From: the human T2T-CHM13v2.0 reference genome, Homo sapiens | Strand: one strand, 5' to 3' | Assembly (NCBI RefSeq): GCF_009914755.1 | Contig: NC_060941.1 | Length of the DNA stretch: 64,000 nt | Position numbers and translations under genes: made by a program | In this document: one piece after another, positions 1-12,719 of the stretch | How the letters are laid out: the number at the start of each line of letters is the position of its first letter | Numbering within the stretch: position 1 is the first letter of the stretch | The notes under the pieces: generated by a model | Told to the model about the DNA's origin: nothing | Seen by the model: only the letters and a program-made list of their open reading frames with translations | The model's database searches: none

Positions 1-1897
1 TTGGGGAGAACGTGCACCCTCAGCTCCCACCTGCCTGGGGCCCTGGCACATGCACTGTTCCTCCCCATTATGACTGTGGAGCCCCAGCCTGCCCCAGCCC
101 GCTCCTGGGTAGGGCCATCTGGCCCTGCTCACAGTTACTGCCTCTGTCTGAGCTTGCTTGGGCCACGGTGGGGGTGGGGAGTTACATCAGATGAGCAAGG
201 GCTGGCAGCTGACTGGGACTTGCTGCTCAGCGGGTGGAGGAAGAGCCTAGCTTTGTAGCAAAACAAACCTGGGGTGAGTCCTGGCTTTGCTGCTTTTCAG
301 CCAAGGGCATTGTGCAACTTTCCTAACCTCTCTGAGCCTCAGTTTCCTTATCTGCAAAGTGAGGATCTGAAACCAGTCTTCCAAGGTTGTGATGAGGATG
401 AAATACAATAGCCGGGAGCCTGGCCCATGGTGAGGCTCGAGAGAGGAGCATTTCCTACCTGCCTGCTTTTTGGGGACAGTATTGGCCAAATGGAGCCCTT
501 TTCTGGCTAAGGTGGGGATCTCTCTGCTTAGAAAGATGACTGCAAGAAGAGAGTGTTTGGGGCACTGCATTGTGGGCTCTGGAAGAAAAGAGATCTTGGA
601 ATGGGTTGGATTCTTCTGGAAGGCTGGAAAGCACAACTTCAATTTTTATAGGACTTTATAGTGTTTACACCCATAATCTCCTCTGAACCTTATAATAGCC
701 CTTGAGCAGGGCAGGCATTATTTTTTACAGAGGAGGAAACTGAGGCTTGGAGAAGAGTGGGGATGGAGCTAACACTTAGTGTACAACGATGTTTCACAGA
801 GACTGGTCTTTATTGAGTGCAATGTGCCAGGACCACTACGAACACATTGCTTGTTTAGCTCCTTTAACCCTCATGACAACTCTGTGGAAGTAGGGGATAT
901 TATTAATGCCCATATAACAGATGGGAAATCTGGAAGGCTCAGAAAGGTGAAGTGAGTTATCCAATGCTGCACAGCCAGGGAGTGTTGTTGAGCTCTGTTT
1001 AGGGACTGCTTCTTCCAGGATGAGGAGGGGCTCCTTGGGAACCTGCTCCAAGGCCTTGCCCTGTGAGAAGGTGCTTGGCTGCTTTGGGGAGGGTCTCTTG
1101 GCACAGTGAAGCTCTGGGCTCCCTACTCACTGGGCCATTGAAACATCCATCAGGGACCTTGCTGGGGTCACTGAGTAAGGAGAGCGGGAGGGGAGGGAGG
1201 AGCCCCGTGCTCACCTCAAGGTGGGTGTGGCTGGGGGGTGGGGTTGGGGCCTCTACCCATCGCAGGGGTGCAGTCGCTGTTTACTGGCCTGTGGGGCAAG
1301 TCTGAGCAGTGCTGGGTGGGTGCCGGCGCCAGCCCCAGGCAGGCGGGTGAGTGGAGGGAGGGCGTGTGGGTGAGGGGTGGAGAGATACTTATTAAATACC
1401 CTTCACTTGGGGCGGGTAAACAGCCTTGCCTGGCAGACATTGTTGGAAAATGAAAGTGGGGGGCCTGTTCCAAAGATGGGGTGCGGGGTGTTGGAGAGGA
1501 TAAAGAAAGGGATATGGTGTTTGCTTCTAGGAACCACATTCTCTGTGGGATGGGGGCCCCCAGGGCAAGTTTAAAGGAAGGCAGGGGCAGGGAACCTGGG
1601 GAAGGTTTGTGAAGCGCCCAGGAGGTCGCGCCTCAGAAGAGGAGCCTGCAGGCTGCCTCCAAACGGATGGATTCCGTGATGCCCCAGAGGGCAGAAGACT
1701 AGACTTTAGAAAGAGAGAAAGGACAGTGGCCTATGGAGCCCAGAACCTGGGATTTGAGGCCTGACCTATCTCTCCCTGACTGTGTGACTGTGAGCCATCA
1801 CGTACCCACCCCGAGCCTCAGTTTCCTCATCTGTAAAAGGAGGTTTCCACTATTTCCTTCAAAAGCCAGACACTGGGATCATGGATTACATGGAGTC

Positions 1898-2106
1898 TTT
1901 TTTTTTTTTGAGACAGGGTCTCACTCTGTTGCCCAGGCTGGATTACAGTGGCGGGATCTTGGCTCACTGCAGACTCCACCTCCAAGGCTCAAGTGATTCT
2001 CCCACCTCAGCCTCCCAATAGTTGGGACTACAAGTTCATGCCATCACACCCAACTAATTTTTGTATTTTTAGTAGAGATGGGTTTTCGCCATGTTGGCCA
2101 GGCTGG
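1898..2106 (-). mobile_element. Alu (5'-truncated)
   Basis: Poly-T followed by GAGACAGGGTCTCACTCTGTTGCCCAGGCTGG... Confidence 0.9.
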
Positions 2107-2146
2107 TACATGGACTAGTTTTTTTTTTTTTGTTTGTTTTAAGCCT

Positions 2147-2697
2147 GGGCTGGGTGATATGGCTCATGCCTGTAATCCCAGAACTTTGGGAGGCTGAGGA
2201 AGGAGGATTTCTTGAGGTAGCCTGGGCAACATGGTGAGACTCCATCTCTACAAAAAGTTTAAAAATTAGCCAGGTTGGCAGGGCATGGTGGCTCATACCT
2301 GTAATCCCAGCACTTTGGGAGGCCAAGGTGGGCGAATCACCGAGGTGGACGAGGTCAAGAGTTCAAGACCAGCCTGGCCAACATGGTGAAACCCCGTCTC
2401 TACTAAAAATACAAAAAAATTAGCTGGGCATAGTGGTGGGCACCTGTAATCCCTGCTACTCAGGAGTCTGAGCTATGAGAATCGCTTGAACCTGGGAGGC
2501 AAGACTCCATCACCCACCAAAGAAAAAAAAAATAAGAAATTAGCCGGGCGTGGTGACATGTGCCTGTAGTCCCAGCTACTGGGGATGCTGAGGTGGGAGG
2601 ATTGCTTGAGCCCAGGCATTCAAGGCTGCAGTGAGCTATGATCACACCACTGCACTCCAGGCTGGGCAACACAACGAGACTCTGTCTCAAAAAAAAT
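2147..2697 (+). mobile_element. Old (J-like) Alu split by a nested S-like Alu (~2277-2535)
   Basis: Left arm, then a second Alu with A-tail, then the right arm; AAATTAGCC(A/G)GG is duplicated around the insert. Confidence 0.85.
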
Positions 2698-3946
2698 ATG
2701 TATATATATTTAGGGGAAATGTCAATATAGAATTGCCAATGTTTAATTTTTAAATTCTGCCAAGTTAGGACAAAAAGGAAAAGTAAACATCTCCTAGCAC
2801 GGTAATGTCAGAGTGTCTTTCCTTGAACAGCCCAAAAGTAGGAAGGATGAGATTGTAAAATGGCAGGGGATCCTCCACTCTGAATACATTTCGAGGTAAG
2901 AGAACTCACCACAACGCTCAGAGTTGTACACTGCTATAGGCCAGTGAGAGATTTGTCACCAGCAGTAGGGTCTGCGGGGAGGATTTTGGGTGCAGGTGTC
3001 TGCTGTTCTTAGTGATGGTGGAGAACTTCCCAGTGGGGAGCTGACCTGGCTGGGTTGTCTTAGGAGGTAGTGAGCTCCCAGGCATTGCAGGTGTCCAGGC
3101 AGACGTTAGAGGAAGAGATTTTTTTTCTCCATCAGAAGGGGCCAGGGCACAGAGAGGCAGCTTCCTCAGGACCCTCTGGCCACTGCCTGCCTTACATTCC
3201 CTGTTCCCCAGAGTTGGGTGGACACATGTTCACAATGGCATGTGGTGCCCAGGGCATCTGTGGATGTGGACCCATGCCATCAGCCCTAAGCTGATCATGA
3301 GCCCCTTCCGTGGAGGAAGGGCCTAGTTGTCACCAACCCCCACCCAACATTTGAGGACGTTCCACAGGGACTGGTTTTGCCCCAGCTGGCCTTGGACATG
3401 TGGAAATCCAGTCCTGGGGCATGAACGGTAAAACCCTGGGCTTGCTCCTGCCAACAGTAATTAGGCCCAAGATGCCTTTCCTGCAGTGACATGCCCATGA
3501 CTGACTGGCCTGAAGAAACAGGAAGACCCTTGACGGACAGTTTCTTTAACAGGTCTGGCAGGCAATGCTTGGTGAGAGGGGACAGAGCAGGCAGGAGCCC
3601 AGGAGCCCAGGAACCCTGGGTGCCAGAGGGCCTGGGTGCTGGGCTGGCCTCCACCTCAGAGCCCAAACCTGGGGCTAGCCCAACGTGCAACCCCAATGTT
3701 TAATAAAAACAGCTACCATTTAGAATGGCATATGGTGTGCCAGGATTTGTGATAAGCAGCCAAAAAATGTAATTTCTTTCAATCCCCATAACACCCTTTG
3801 AGGTAAGAACTCTCATTATCTCCATTTCTCAGATGGGGAATCTGTGACACATAGCAGTGAAGCAAGCAGCTTGTGAAAGCTCTGCCTGACGCCAGCCATT
3901 AGGCTAGACTGGCTCCTTACTTAACCCCAGCAACCCCAGCTTTTCA

Positions 3947-4362
<416 letters not shown>

Positions 4363-4547
4363 TTATGGCTCCTATCTCTAATCCTAATCATGCACCCCTT
4401 CACCCTTGCTGGTAGTTTAAAGCCTTGGAGGCCTCAGTCTTCCAACCTGTCTGATGGCTGCTCCTTGATCCTCATCAAGAGCATACTTGAAACTCTTTGT
4501 TCAGGAAACTGAAGCCAGATGTAGGAATTTCCAGGTTCCTTTGGACT

Positions 4548-5001
4548 CGGTGGTGCCCTGGAATTGGCTTGTATCAGCTGGTTAAGAGCTGATTGTTAAA
4601 TTTTCAGGATTTTGTCTAGCTAGTTACTAAACCCAGCCATTATGAATAATTACATTATGTACACTTACAATGAAATAACTTACATTAAAAACAAAGGTAA
4701 TAAATACTTAAAATTCGTCACGTCCCAATTATTTTACGACAGTGTCTCCCCACCCTCCATACTATTATCTGTGCTCTCAGGGTTATTTACATCTATTGTG
4801 TTGGTGTGGTGGCAATGCTGTGTGACAGCCTGCTACTCCACATGTCTCCAGCTCCTCATTCAGTGACATCATGTTGGTAGTTTGAAATTGGCCACAGTGG
4901 GAGAATTCATACTGTGGAAATGGGCAGAAGCTTCAAATCAGCTCCCTCTGCCCCTGCTCCCCAACCAGAGAGCCAGGTAAACATTCACCAGCATACCACT
5001 G
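4548..5001 (+). mobile_element. MER63-like hAT-Blackjack non-autonomous DNA transposon
   Basis: Terminal inverted repeats CGGTGGTGCCCTGG / CCAGCATACCACTG; internal GCTGATTGTTAAATTTTCAGG and AAAAACAAAGGTAATAAATAC are typical of MER63. Confidence 0.75.
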
Positions 5002-5508
5002 CTTGAACACTACCGGGTCCTTATCCTAAACAGATGCCCCAATCCTACCATTTCCAGCGTGGGCCTCTCCAGAAAGATACTCCCCTAAACAAGGACAGAG
5101 GTCCCAATAGCAATCCTACCAAAATTTCAGGGGGGCCCAGGTTAGGCTCTGAAGTGAGACACCCTAGGACAGTGGGGGTCAGGGATCCACATTTATTGAG
5201 CTCTTCTTTATGGGCACGGCACTGCACAAAACACTTTCCATAGGAGCTTATTTAAGTCCTCATAAAATCATAGAAAATCAGTATCTATCACTTTCCAAAC
5301 TCAGGAACCAAATAGAATTGGCTAGTGAGGGAAGCTTGTATTTATCCCCTTTGTGTAGCACAGAAAACAGAGGGGTTAGTAACTTGGTTAGGTTTGCACA
5401 GCACCTCCCAACAGGACAGGGTCCCCTTCTCTGTACATAGGAAAATCCTTCTTCCTCATGAGGTCTGGCACCAAGCCCCCCTCCTGGTACTGTGCCCCAA
5501 ATCCTTAC

Positions 5509-5947
5509 CCAAGGCTTCAGATTCCTCCTTCTTTCTCATTGACATGGTGCTCTGGGCCAGCTCAGCCTGGGAGCCCCCAGTCCCTGGGGGAAGCAGCTGG
5601 AAGGTGGGGTCCAGTTCCAGGATCATCTGATTGAGGCTCTCCAGTGAGAAGTCAATGTAGGAGTCAAGGTCCTCTGGGGTCCCCAAGGCCTTCTCACCAG
5701 GGGACGGCAGGAAGCAGGTGGCTTTGGCCTCCACCTGTGGGGCTTGCTGGAGTCGGCCAGGGGGCCCCATGCAGGGCACGGGGGCCATCAGGGCCTGGGC
5801 TCCCCAGCCTTCCGTGGTGTAGTAAGAACACTGGGGTGGCAGGCTGGGGCTGGGTGCTGGGTGCAGGGTCCTCCTGGGCTCATCACAAGGCGCCAAGCTG
5901 ACAGCATGGCCTCCTGCCAGCAGTGGGCTGGACATCACCTGGGACAT
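5509..5947 (-). CDS. TNS4: Tensin-4 (CTEN) first coding exon (coding part of exon 2, 146 codons + 1 nt)
   Basis: Translation MSQVMSSPLLAGGHAVSLAPCDEP...IDFSLESLNQMILELDPTF...KKEESEAL matches the human tensin-4 N-terminus as I recall it. Kozak context is CCCACCATGT and the donor is TTGG|GTAAGG at 5509/5508. The ORF-track extension to 5456 is intronic read-through. Confidence 0.96.
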
Positions 5948-6042
5948 GGTGGGGGTGGTGACCTCTGCAGTTTACCTCTGGTCTTCAACCAGCCTCACTG
6001 ACATCCCAGAGATCTCACTTGCTAACCAGGAGCTCCCAGGAT
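5948..6042 (-). other. TNS4: TNS4 exon 2 5'UTR portion (95 nt)
   Basis: Acceptor ACTCTTGGACTCTTTCAG|ATCC at 6043/6042, contiguous with the CDS. Confidence 0.85.
5972..6004 (-). other. uORF MSVRLVEDQR* in TNS4 5'UTR
   Basis: GGG ATG TCA GTG AGG CTG GTT GAA GAC CAG AGG TAA read on the minus strand; it ends 24 nt before the main ATG in the same frame. Confidence 0.7.
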
Positions 6043-6139
6043 CTGAAAGAGTCCAAGAGTGGGAACGGAGTAATTTCTGTAGGTGAAGCCCCTGCCTCCC
6101 ACCCTCCGTACAAAGGCTAAGTTATTCATTCATTTAAAA

Positions 6140-6590
6140 GCATGGATGCTGGAGCCAGACCACCTGAGTTTGCAGCCTGGCTCCACCACCTACTAGCTGT
6201 ATAACCTTGGGCAAGTTAATTGACTTCTCTGTGCCTCAGTTCCCTCGTCTATAAAACAAGTTAATCATTGTAATGTGCTTAGAACAGTGCCTGGCACATA
6301 ATAAGCATTATGTAAGTGATCATTAAATAAAATAACTTCAGTAGATGTTTATTGAACATCTACTACATCCCAGGTGTGTTTATTAAGTAAATACTACCTA
6401 ACGTTTGCTGAGTAATTATTATCCACATAAGCTCTGGTATTTTTAGATAAAGGCTTTAAAAATCCTTATAACAACTGTATAAGGTAGGTATTATTATCCC
6501 ATTTTACAGGGAGAGAACTGAGGCACAGAGAGGTAGGTAACTTGCCCAAGGGTCACACTGCCAACAAGTGTAGAGAAGGACTGGGCCCTC
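6140..6590. mobile_element. MIR/L2 fragments
   Basis: CCTTGGGCAAGTT...CTCAGTTCCCTCGTCTATAAAA, plus the reverse MIR core CCCATTTTACAGGGAGAGAACTGAGGCACAGAGAGG. Confidence 0.75.
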
Positions 6591-6843
6591 GGCTGCCTGA
6601 TGTCTGAGCACCTGCACTTGGGCCGGTTGGTGAAACAGACAAGTAAGTGGGTGAACAACTGTAAGCAGTGTCACGAGAGAGGAGGGAAGGGACAGTGCAC
6701 TTTTCTAGTTCAGTGGGGAGGTTAGGGAGGTCTTCCTGGAGGAAGGGACACGCAAAGGGAGATAAGAAGGAAAAGCAAGAGGTAGCTGCGCAAGTTGAGT
6801 AGGGATGAGGAGGCAGAGAGGAAGATTTAAGTTAGAGGGGATG

Positions 6844-7155
6844 AGCTGGGCGTGATGGCTCACACCTGTAATCCCAGCACTTTGGGAGTCTGAGGTGGGC
6901 TGATCCCTTGAGGTCAGGAGTTCGAGACCAGCCTGGTGAACATGGTGAAACCCCATCTCTACTAAAAATATAAAAATTAGCTGGCATGATGGCACGTGCC
7001 TGTAATTCCAGCTACTCAGGAGACTGGGGCAGGAGGATTGCTTGAAGCTGGGAGGCAGAGGTTGCAGTGAGCCGAGATCGAGCCAATGCACTGCAGCCTG
7101 GATGACAGAGCAAGACTCTGTCTCTAACTAAACAAATAAACAAATAAATAAACAA
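6844..7155 (+). mobile_element. Alu (S-like) within L2
   Basis: Full dimer, (A3C/A3T)n tail, TAGAGGGGA duplicated at the flanks. Confidence 0.9.
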
Positions 7156-8084
7156 AGTAGAGGGGACCATTTGTGCAAAAGTCTGGCCAGCAGGGAAGCT
7201 CACAAGACCCTATTGAGCACCTGAGTAACAGAGCACCTGGGGTGGGTGGAGGAGATGGGGCGGGGGAGGCAGGCTGGCCAGATCCCGTAGGGCCTTGCAG
7301 GCTGGGCTCAGGACTGCCAGCTCAACCCTGAGGGCAACAGGGAGGCTCTGAAAAGTTTTGAGCTGGGGAGTGACATCATCAGATGATATTCATTTCCTTG
7401 GGGCTCATTTGGGAAAGAGATGTCTCAACCTCCTCATTTTCCTTACTGTGAAAAGTCCTTTCCATTGTCTAACCTTAATGCCACATGCTAGTTTCTTGTA
7501 GGTGGGGCTTGGTAAGGAGGTAAGAAGTTCTGGGACTGAGGCTGCCAAGAAAACTGTACAGAGCTGCAATGTGCTGGTTACACTCCCATTGCCTGCTCTG
7601 AGCTTTGCTGCTGGTCCCCAGCCCCCACCAACACCCCCCAACTCTCTTTCTTCTCGTTGCCAAAACGCCTCCTTTACGTCCTGTTTTGGAGTCAGACCTT
7701 AGCACTGGAAAAGGTATCTGAGACTAGCCTGGGAGAAGAGAAAGTGGACTCTGGGATCCGAAGGTTTAGATTTGACTTCTAGCTCAAATAGCTCCTTATG
7801 GTGTGACTCTGACCCTGAGTTTCCTCATCTGTGAGATGGTAATGAGAATTCCTGCACCCTCCCAGAGAGTGTTATGGAACCAGTGAGGTGCTCCTTGTGA
7901 AGGTAGTTAGGCAATTCTAAATAGTACTTAGAAATAAGGACTTATGGAGTATAACAGCCTCATAATAGTAGCTTCCATTTATTGAGCGCTGACCATGTGC
8001 CAAATAGTTTACATACGAATTACATTGGTAACTCAATCCTCTCACAGCTCTAGGAAGTACTGCACCCTATTGTCAGTCCTCTTG

Positions 8085-8370
8085 TTTTTTTTTCTTGAGA
8101 CAAGGTGTCGCTCTGTTGCCCAGGCTAGAGTGCAGTGGCACAGTCATGGCTCACTGCAGCCTTGACCTCCTGGGGCTCAAGCGATTCTCCCAGCTCACCC
8201 TCCCGAGTAGCTGGGACTACAGGCTTGTGCCCTATACCCAGAGAATTTTTTGTAGAAAGAGGGTCTCACTTTGTTGCCCAGGCTGGTCTTGAACTCCTGG
8301 GCTCAAGTGCTCCTCCTTCCTCGGCCTCCCAAAGTGCTAGGATTACAGGTGTGAGCCGCTGTGCCTGGCC
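8085..8370 (-). mobile_element. Alu (J-like)
   Basis: Reverse Alu with the J-type CACTGCAGCCTTGACCTCCTGGGGCTCAAG. Confidence 0.88.
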
Positions 8371-8518
8371 TTATTTATTTATTTTGAGTTGTCAGTCCAT
8401 TTTACAGATGAAGATGCTGAGACTCGGAGAGGTCAAGAAACACGCTTCACATCCAGAAAGATGGTGGAGCTGGGATTCAAACCCAGGTGTGGGATTTTGG
8501 AATCTTAATTCCTTATGC

Positions 8519-8980
8519 TAAGGGAGGAGACCACCCCTCATATTGTCTTATGCCCAATTTCTGCCTCCAAAGAAAGAAAAAGTAAAAACTAAAAGGCAGA
8601 AATGAAATCCACAAGCAGACAGCCCAGCGCCACACCCTGGGCCTGGTAGTTAAAGATCGACCCCTGACCTAATCGGTTATGTTATCTATAGATTACAGAC
8701 ATTGTATAGAAATGCACTGTGAAAATCCCTTTCCTGTTTTGTTCCCACGTAATTACCGGTGCGTGCAGCCCCCAGTCACGTACCCCCTGCTTGCTCAATT
8801 GATCACGACCCTCTCACACGCACCCCCTTAGAGTTGTGAGCCCTTAAAAGGGACAGGAAATGCTCACTCGGGGAGCTCGGCTCTTGAGACAGGAGTCTTG
8901 CTGATGCCCCCGGCCGAATAAACCCCTTCCTTCTTTAACTTGGTGTCTGAGGAGTTTTGTCTGCGGCTCGTCCTGCTACA
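8519..8980 (+). mobile_element. HERV-E (LTR2-type, ERV1) solo LTR in TNS4 intron 1, antisense to TNS4
   Basis: Starts TAAGGGAGGAGACCACCCCTCATATTGTCTTATGCCC and ends ...CCTGCTACA. It has a 4-bp TSD ATGC (8515-8518, 8981-8984), TATA-like CCTTAAAAG at ~8843 and AATAAA at ~8917. Confidence 0.85.
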
Positions 8981-9149
8981 ATGCCACATGGAATTCAAGT
9001 GCAGAGGGACACCTGGGATCTAGAGAGGGGGCATGATTGGCTGAAGGTCGCACAGGTTTCATGAGAAAAGCCAGGGCCCCTTCCCCTCTCCTGCCTCCCC
9101 CAACGCCCGTGGCTCCGGTAGGTCTGATGCCAGACTTTTCCTTGGCCAG

Positions 9150-9245
9150 GTCCTGCAGGGGGCGGGGCATCCCGGGCACGGGAAGCTTTCTATAAATGGA
9201 AGTGGAAGGGAGCCGGCCTCTGCGCTCCCGCCCTCCCGGGACAGC
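9150..9245 (+). promoter_or_regulatory. Intronic GC-rich module: CTCF-like site, GC box, TATAAA, ETS core
   Basis: CCTGCAGGGGGCGG (9152-9165) is 13/14 to CCASYAGRKGGCRS; TATAAA 9191-9196; GGAAGT 9198-9203; locally raised CpG. Confidence 0.5.
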
Positions 9246-10613
9246 TGAGGACACAGAGCCGGAACCACGGCTTTTTCCACACAGGCTCCAAGTGGACTGG
9301 GTTTGTTGGGACAGGATCTGGGCGCTCCCTGCAGGGTTTTCTGGCTGTGTCCTGCAGAGGAGGCTGGGGCTGCTGACTTTGCAGAGCTCAAGGAGGGCTG
9401 GGTGTCCCCTCGCAACCAGGACCCAGTATACCTGCTTACTAATTTGGACACAGCTTTTGTGCCACGCTGGGCAAGCGTCCTTTCCTCTCTGGGCAGACCT
9501 CAGTTGTCCCATCTGTGTGATGGGGATGTGATAATAACAGACACTGAACACCTTGCATTTTCTCAACAGCTCTCTGAGGAGGGTGCTATTGCTGCAGGGC
9601 TGGAGAGGTTGAGGAATTTGCCCAAGGTCATACAACCCCAACTGTGAATTGGGGTTTAAACCCAGGTGGTCTTGCTCCACGGTCCCACACTTTTAGCCTC
9701 TGCTGCTGCTTCACATATTTAAGAACCCTGTCCACCGCTGCCCCTTCTGGGATTCTGGAACCAAGAGGGACAGACCTGGAGCTGAGCAAAGGGCAGGCAG
9801 CCCCTACGCTCCTCTTCAGCCTCCCCTCACTTTTAAGGCTCTGCGTCGCCCTTGGATGTACCAAGGCAGGGCTCCATCTTACTCCTGTATTCCTGAATGC
9901 TGCCCCCTTCGCGGCCCCGCACACTCCTCTAACTTGCTCTTTCTTGCTGTAAGTGGTGGGGAGAGTCCCTGGGCCCGGGGCTCTGTGTGGTTGGGAGGCA
10001 CGGGGCGGGGGCAAGGAGGGCTCCAGCCACCTCTGCTCTATTTGTAGGTGCCCCCTACCCGCTCCCACTTCTGATTCTGACTCAGATCTCTTTCTTTGTT
10101 CCCAAGGACTCTGGGGAGTCCTGGTGCCTTGGCAAATCCCCTCTTCCGTGTCATTGCCAACCTCTTCTCCTGACTTACTCTCTCCCAATGAGCCCAGGTC
10201 AGTGAAGGGAGAGGGTGGGGCAAGGGTAAAGCCTGAGTCTCCCCCAAAGCACTTTGCCTCATTAGCCCAATCTCCACTGCACCCCCTATTTTTGAAAACT
10301 GGCTCCCGATCTTCCCATCCCTCCCACCCAGACCCGGTGACGCAGGACGTGGACCTCAGGCAGGGACCCATAGGACCAGTGAAGGCCAGCCGCCCCATCT
10401 CCCATTCCTGTCTACCTCTGAAGTGCCCAGAGGGCTCCCAGAGCGCTGGGAGGCGAGAGGCCTGGGTTCTGTGTCCAGTCCCTTTCCATGACCTCAGGCA
10501 AGCCTCTTCTCTGTGGCCCTCAGCTCTCTCATCTATTTGCCGAGGGGCACAGGTTTAGTTCCCTTGAACTGCTGAACTCCGCGGTCTGTGATCCTGAGAC
10601 CATCTCTGTCTCA

Positions 10614-10986
<373 letters not shown>

Positions 10987-11055
10987 TGTTTAAATGAATC
11001 AGGGCCAGCAAAGGTGCTCCGTGTTCCTCTCTTCTTAAAGAATAAAGGCACCTAC

Positions 11056-11145
11056 CTGGTGTCCACAGGTGGGCAGACTGTTGCCTTCACTACTGGCTCC
11101 TGGGACCAAGACGACTCAGAGTCCAGGTGAAGAGTCAGGAGAGGC
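11056..11145 (-). other. TNS4: TNS4 non-coding exon 1 (5' end approximate)
   Basis: Strong donor CAG|GTAGGT at 11056/11055. A TATA-like TTTTAAGG lies about 25-30 nt upstream of 11145. The exon has no ATG. Confidence 0.75.
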
Positions 11146-11300
11146 GCCAGTTCACCTCCAGACCTGCCTTAAAAGCAGCTTGCCCGCCTTCTCTCCTCCC
11201 CTCCGGGCGGGCCCTGCACGTGGCCCTGACAGCAGTAGGCCCCACCCCTGCTGGATCCAGTGAGCTCAGGTGGGGCTGGCACAGGCAGCAGGAAGGGAAG
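11146..11300 (-). promoter_or_regulatory. TNS4: TNS4 core/proximal promoter
   Basis: TTTTAAGG (11167-11174), GC boxes (GCCCGCC ~11182, GGGCGG ~11205), CACGTG E-box 11217-11222, and imperfect p53/p63 half-sites (AGACCTGCCT, CAGCTTGCCC) around 11160-11185. Confidence 0.7.
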
Positions 11301-12719
11301 CACTGGGTGGTGGGTTTTGGGTCTGGGTGTGTGTGAGGGGCTCCCAAGTTCCTGCTTGGGCTTCTCGTGGCACCACATGGCCAGGGAGTCCTTGCTTGGA
11401 CAGGGCATAGCTAGAATCAAGGTGTGCAGTGGGCACTCCTCAGGTGCTGGCTGGGGCAGAGGCCATGGGTTGGCAGAGCTGGCAGAGAGTGAGGGCCTTG
11501 ACAAAGCAGGATGCCAGTGGGCAGGAGACCCTCTGCAGTCCCCCTTTGTGCTGGGTCACACTGGGACAGGCACAGGGTAAGGGCCCACTGGAAGTAAGGC
11601 TAGGCACGAGCTTGTCTTTTCTTCTTTCTCTCCTTTTACAGTAATGACTCTAGCTTGGGATGGGGCCTCTAACTCAAGGAAAGGAGGCTGAAGTGTCTGG
11701 AGGGCTTTGAGAAGGGGCTTATAGCTGTTCCTTCACTCATGGGCTATCTCTGTCCCTCGTCTGGTCTGTGCCCCAGGGTGGAAGTTCCCTGAGGGGAGGA
11801 CATTGGAGGGTGAGATCAGGAAGCCCAGAAGTCTGGTCTGGTAGCTCCTTCTCCATGGTTCCAACTCTCTCCCTGTTCTAGAGGGGCAGGGGTCCTAGAA
11901 TGTTGTAAGGAGGTGTTCAGACATGGTGAGGGGAGGGTGCTGATGGCAGAGCCTGGTCTGGGAGCGGTCTGAAGTGAGGGAGCTGGCGAAGTCTCCAGCC
12001 CAGGGACTCATGGTGATCCCAGTAGGCTAATCTCAGGGGTGGGTTGCCCCATGCCCCCATTATGCCCAGTGGAAGGGCTTCTGGCCTTACAGTTTTTGAT
12101 GCCCTGGGGTTTCACTGAGGCATGGTGAACTAGTGCATGGGAGGCCGGTGAGCAAAGCTATGGAAAGTTATATAAGGTGCCCCTTCCTGATGGTGACATA
12201 AAAGGTGTCCCTAGGTGTCCATGCAGCCTTGTTGGCACATGGCTTGATGAGCAATTATGTCTTTGGATGAAAAATGTGGTGCTCCTGCCCTGGAGTGGAT
12301 GTCACTGCACATGGCGGCTTCCCCCATGAGGCTGTGGCTCATGATTGTGGGAGAGTGGGAGGGGCGACTCGTGAGTTTCTTGAGTGGAAGGGGCAGGTTA
12401 CAGTAGGGCGAAGTGTTGGGCAGAGACTGTGGCAACTCCGGGGTAACCCTGGCCATCTCCCCTGGGGCTGGTATGGATAGCCTCTGCAGTGGTTCTTCAG
12501 GGCCAGGGGGTCCTCCAGCCTTACAGACCCATACCTGGGGGTTATGGTCTTTCTTGGCAGATTGGCTCTTTTGTTTCACACCCAGCTGCTTCCTTTAGCT
12601 TAAGATGGTCTCAGAACAGTGATTTCAGCCCCAGCTGCCTCACAAACCCTGCCCAACACCACATCACTGCCCTTTGCCGTGATCATCAAGGGATGGATGG
12701 AGTGGCATTTCTTTATACA

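Noticed and set aside
5456-5508. C-terminal tail (GKDLGHSTRRGAWCQTS) of the 163-aa ORF
   Set aside because: It lies past the GTAAGG donor and is intronic read-through.
8976-10558. Long overlapping ORFs (234, 256, 201 aa) in TNS4 intron 1
   Set aside because: No recognisable domain, partly MIR-derived, and present on both strands, as expected by chance in GC-rich DNA.
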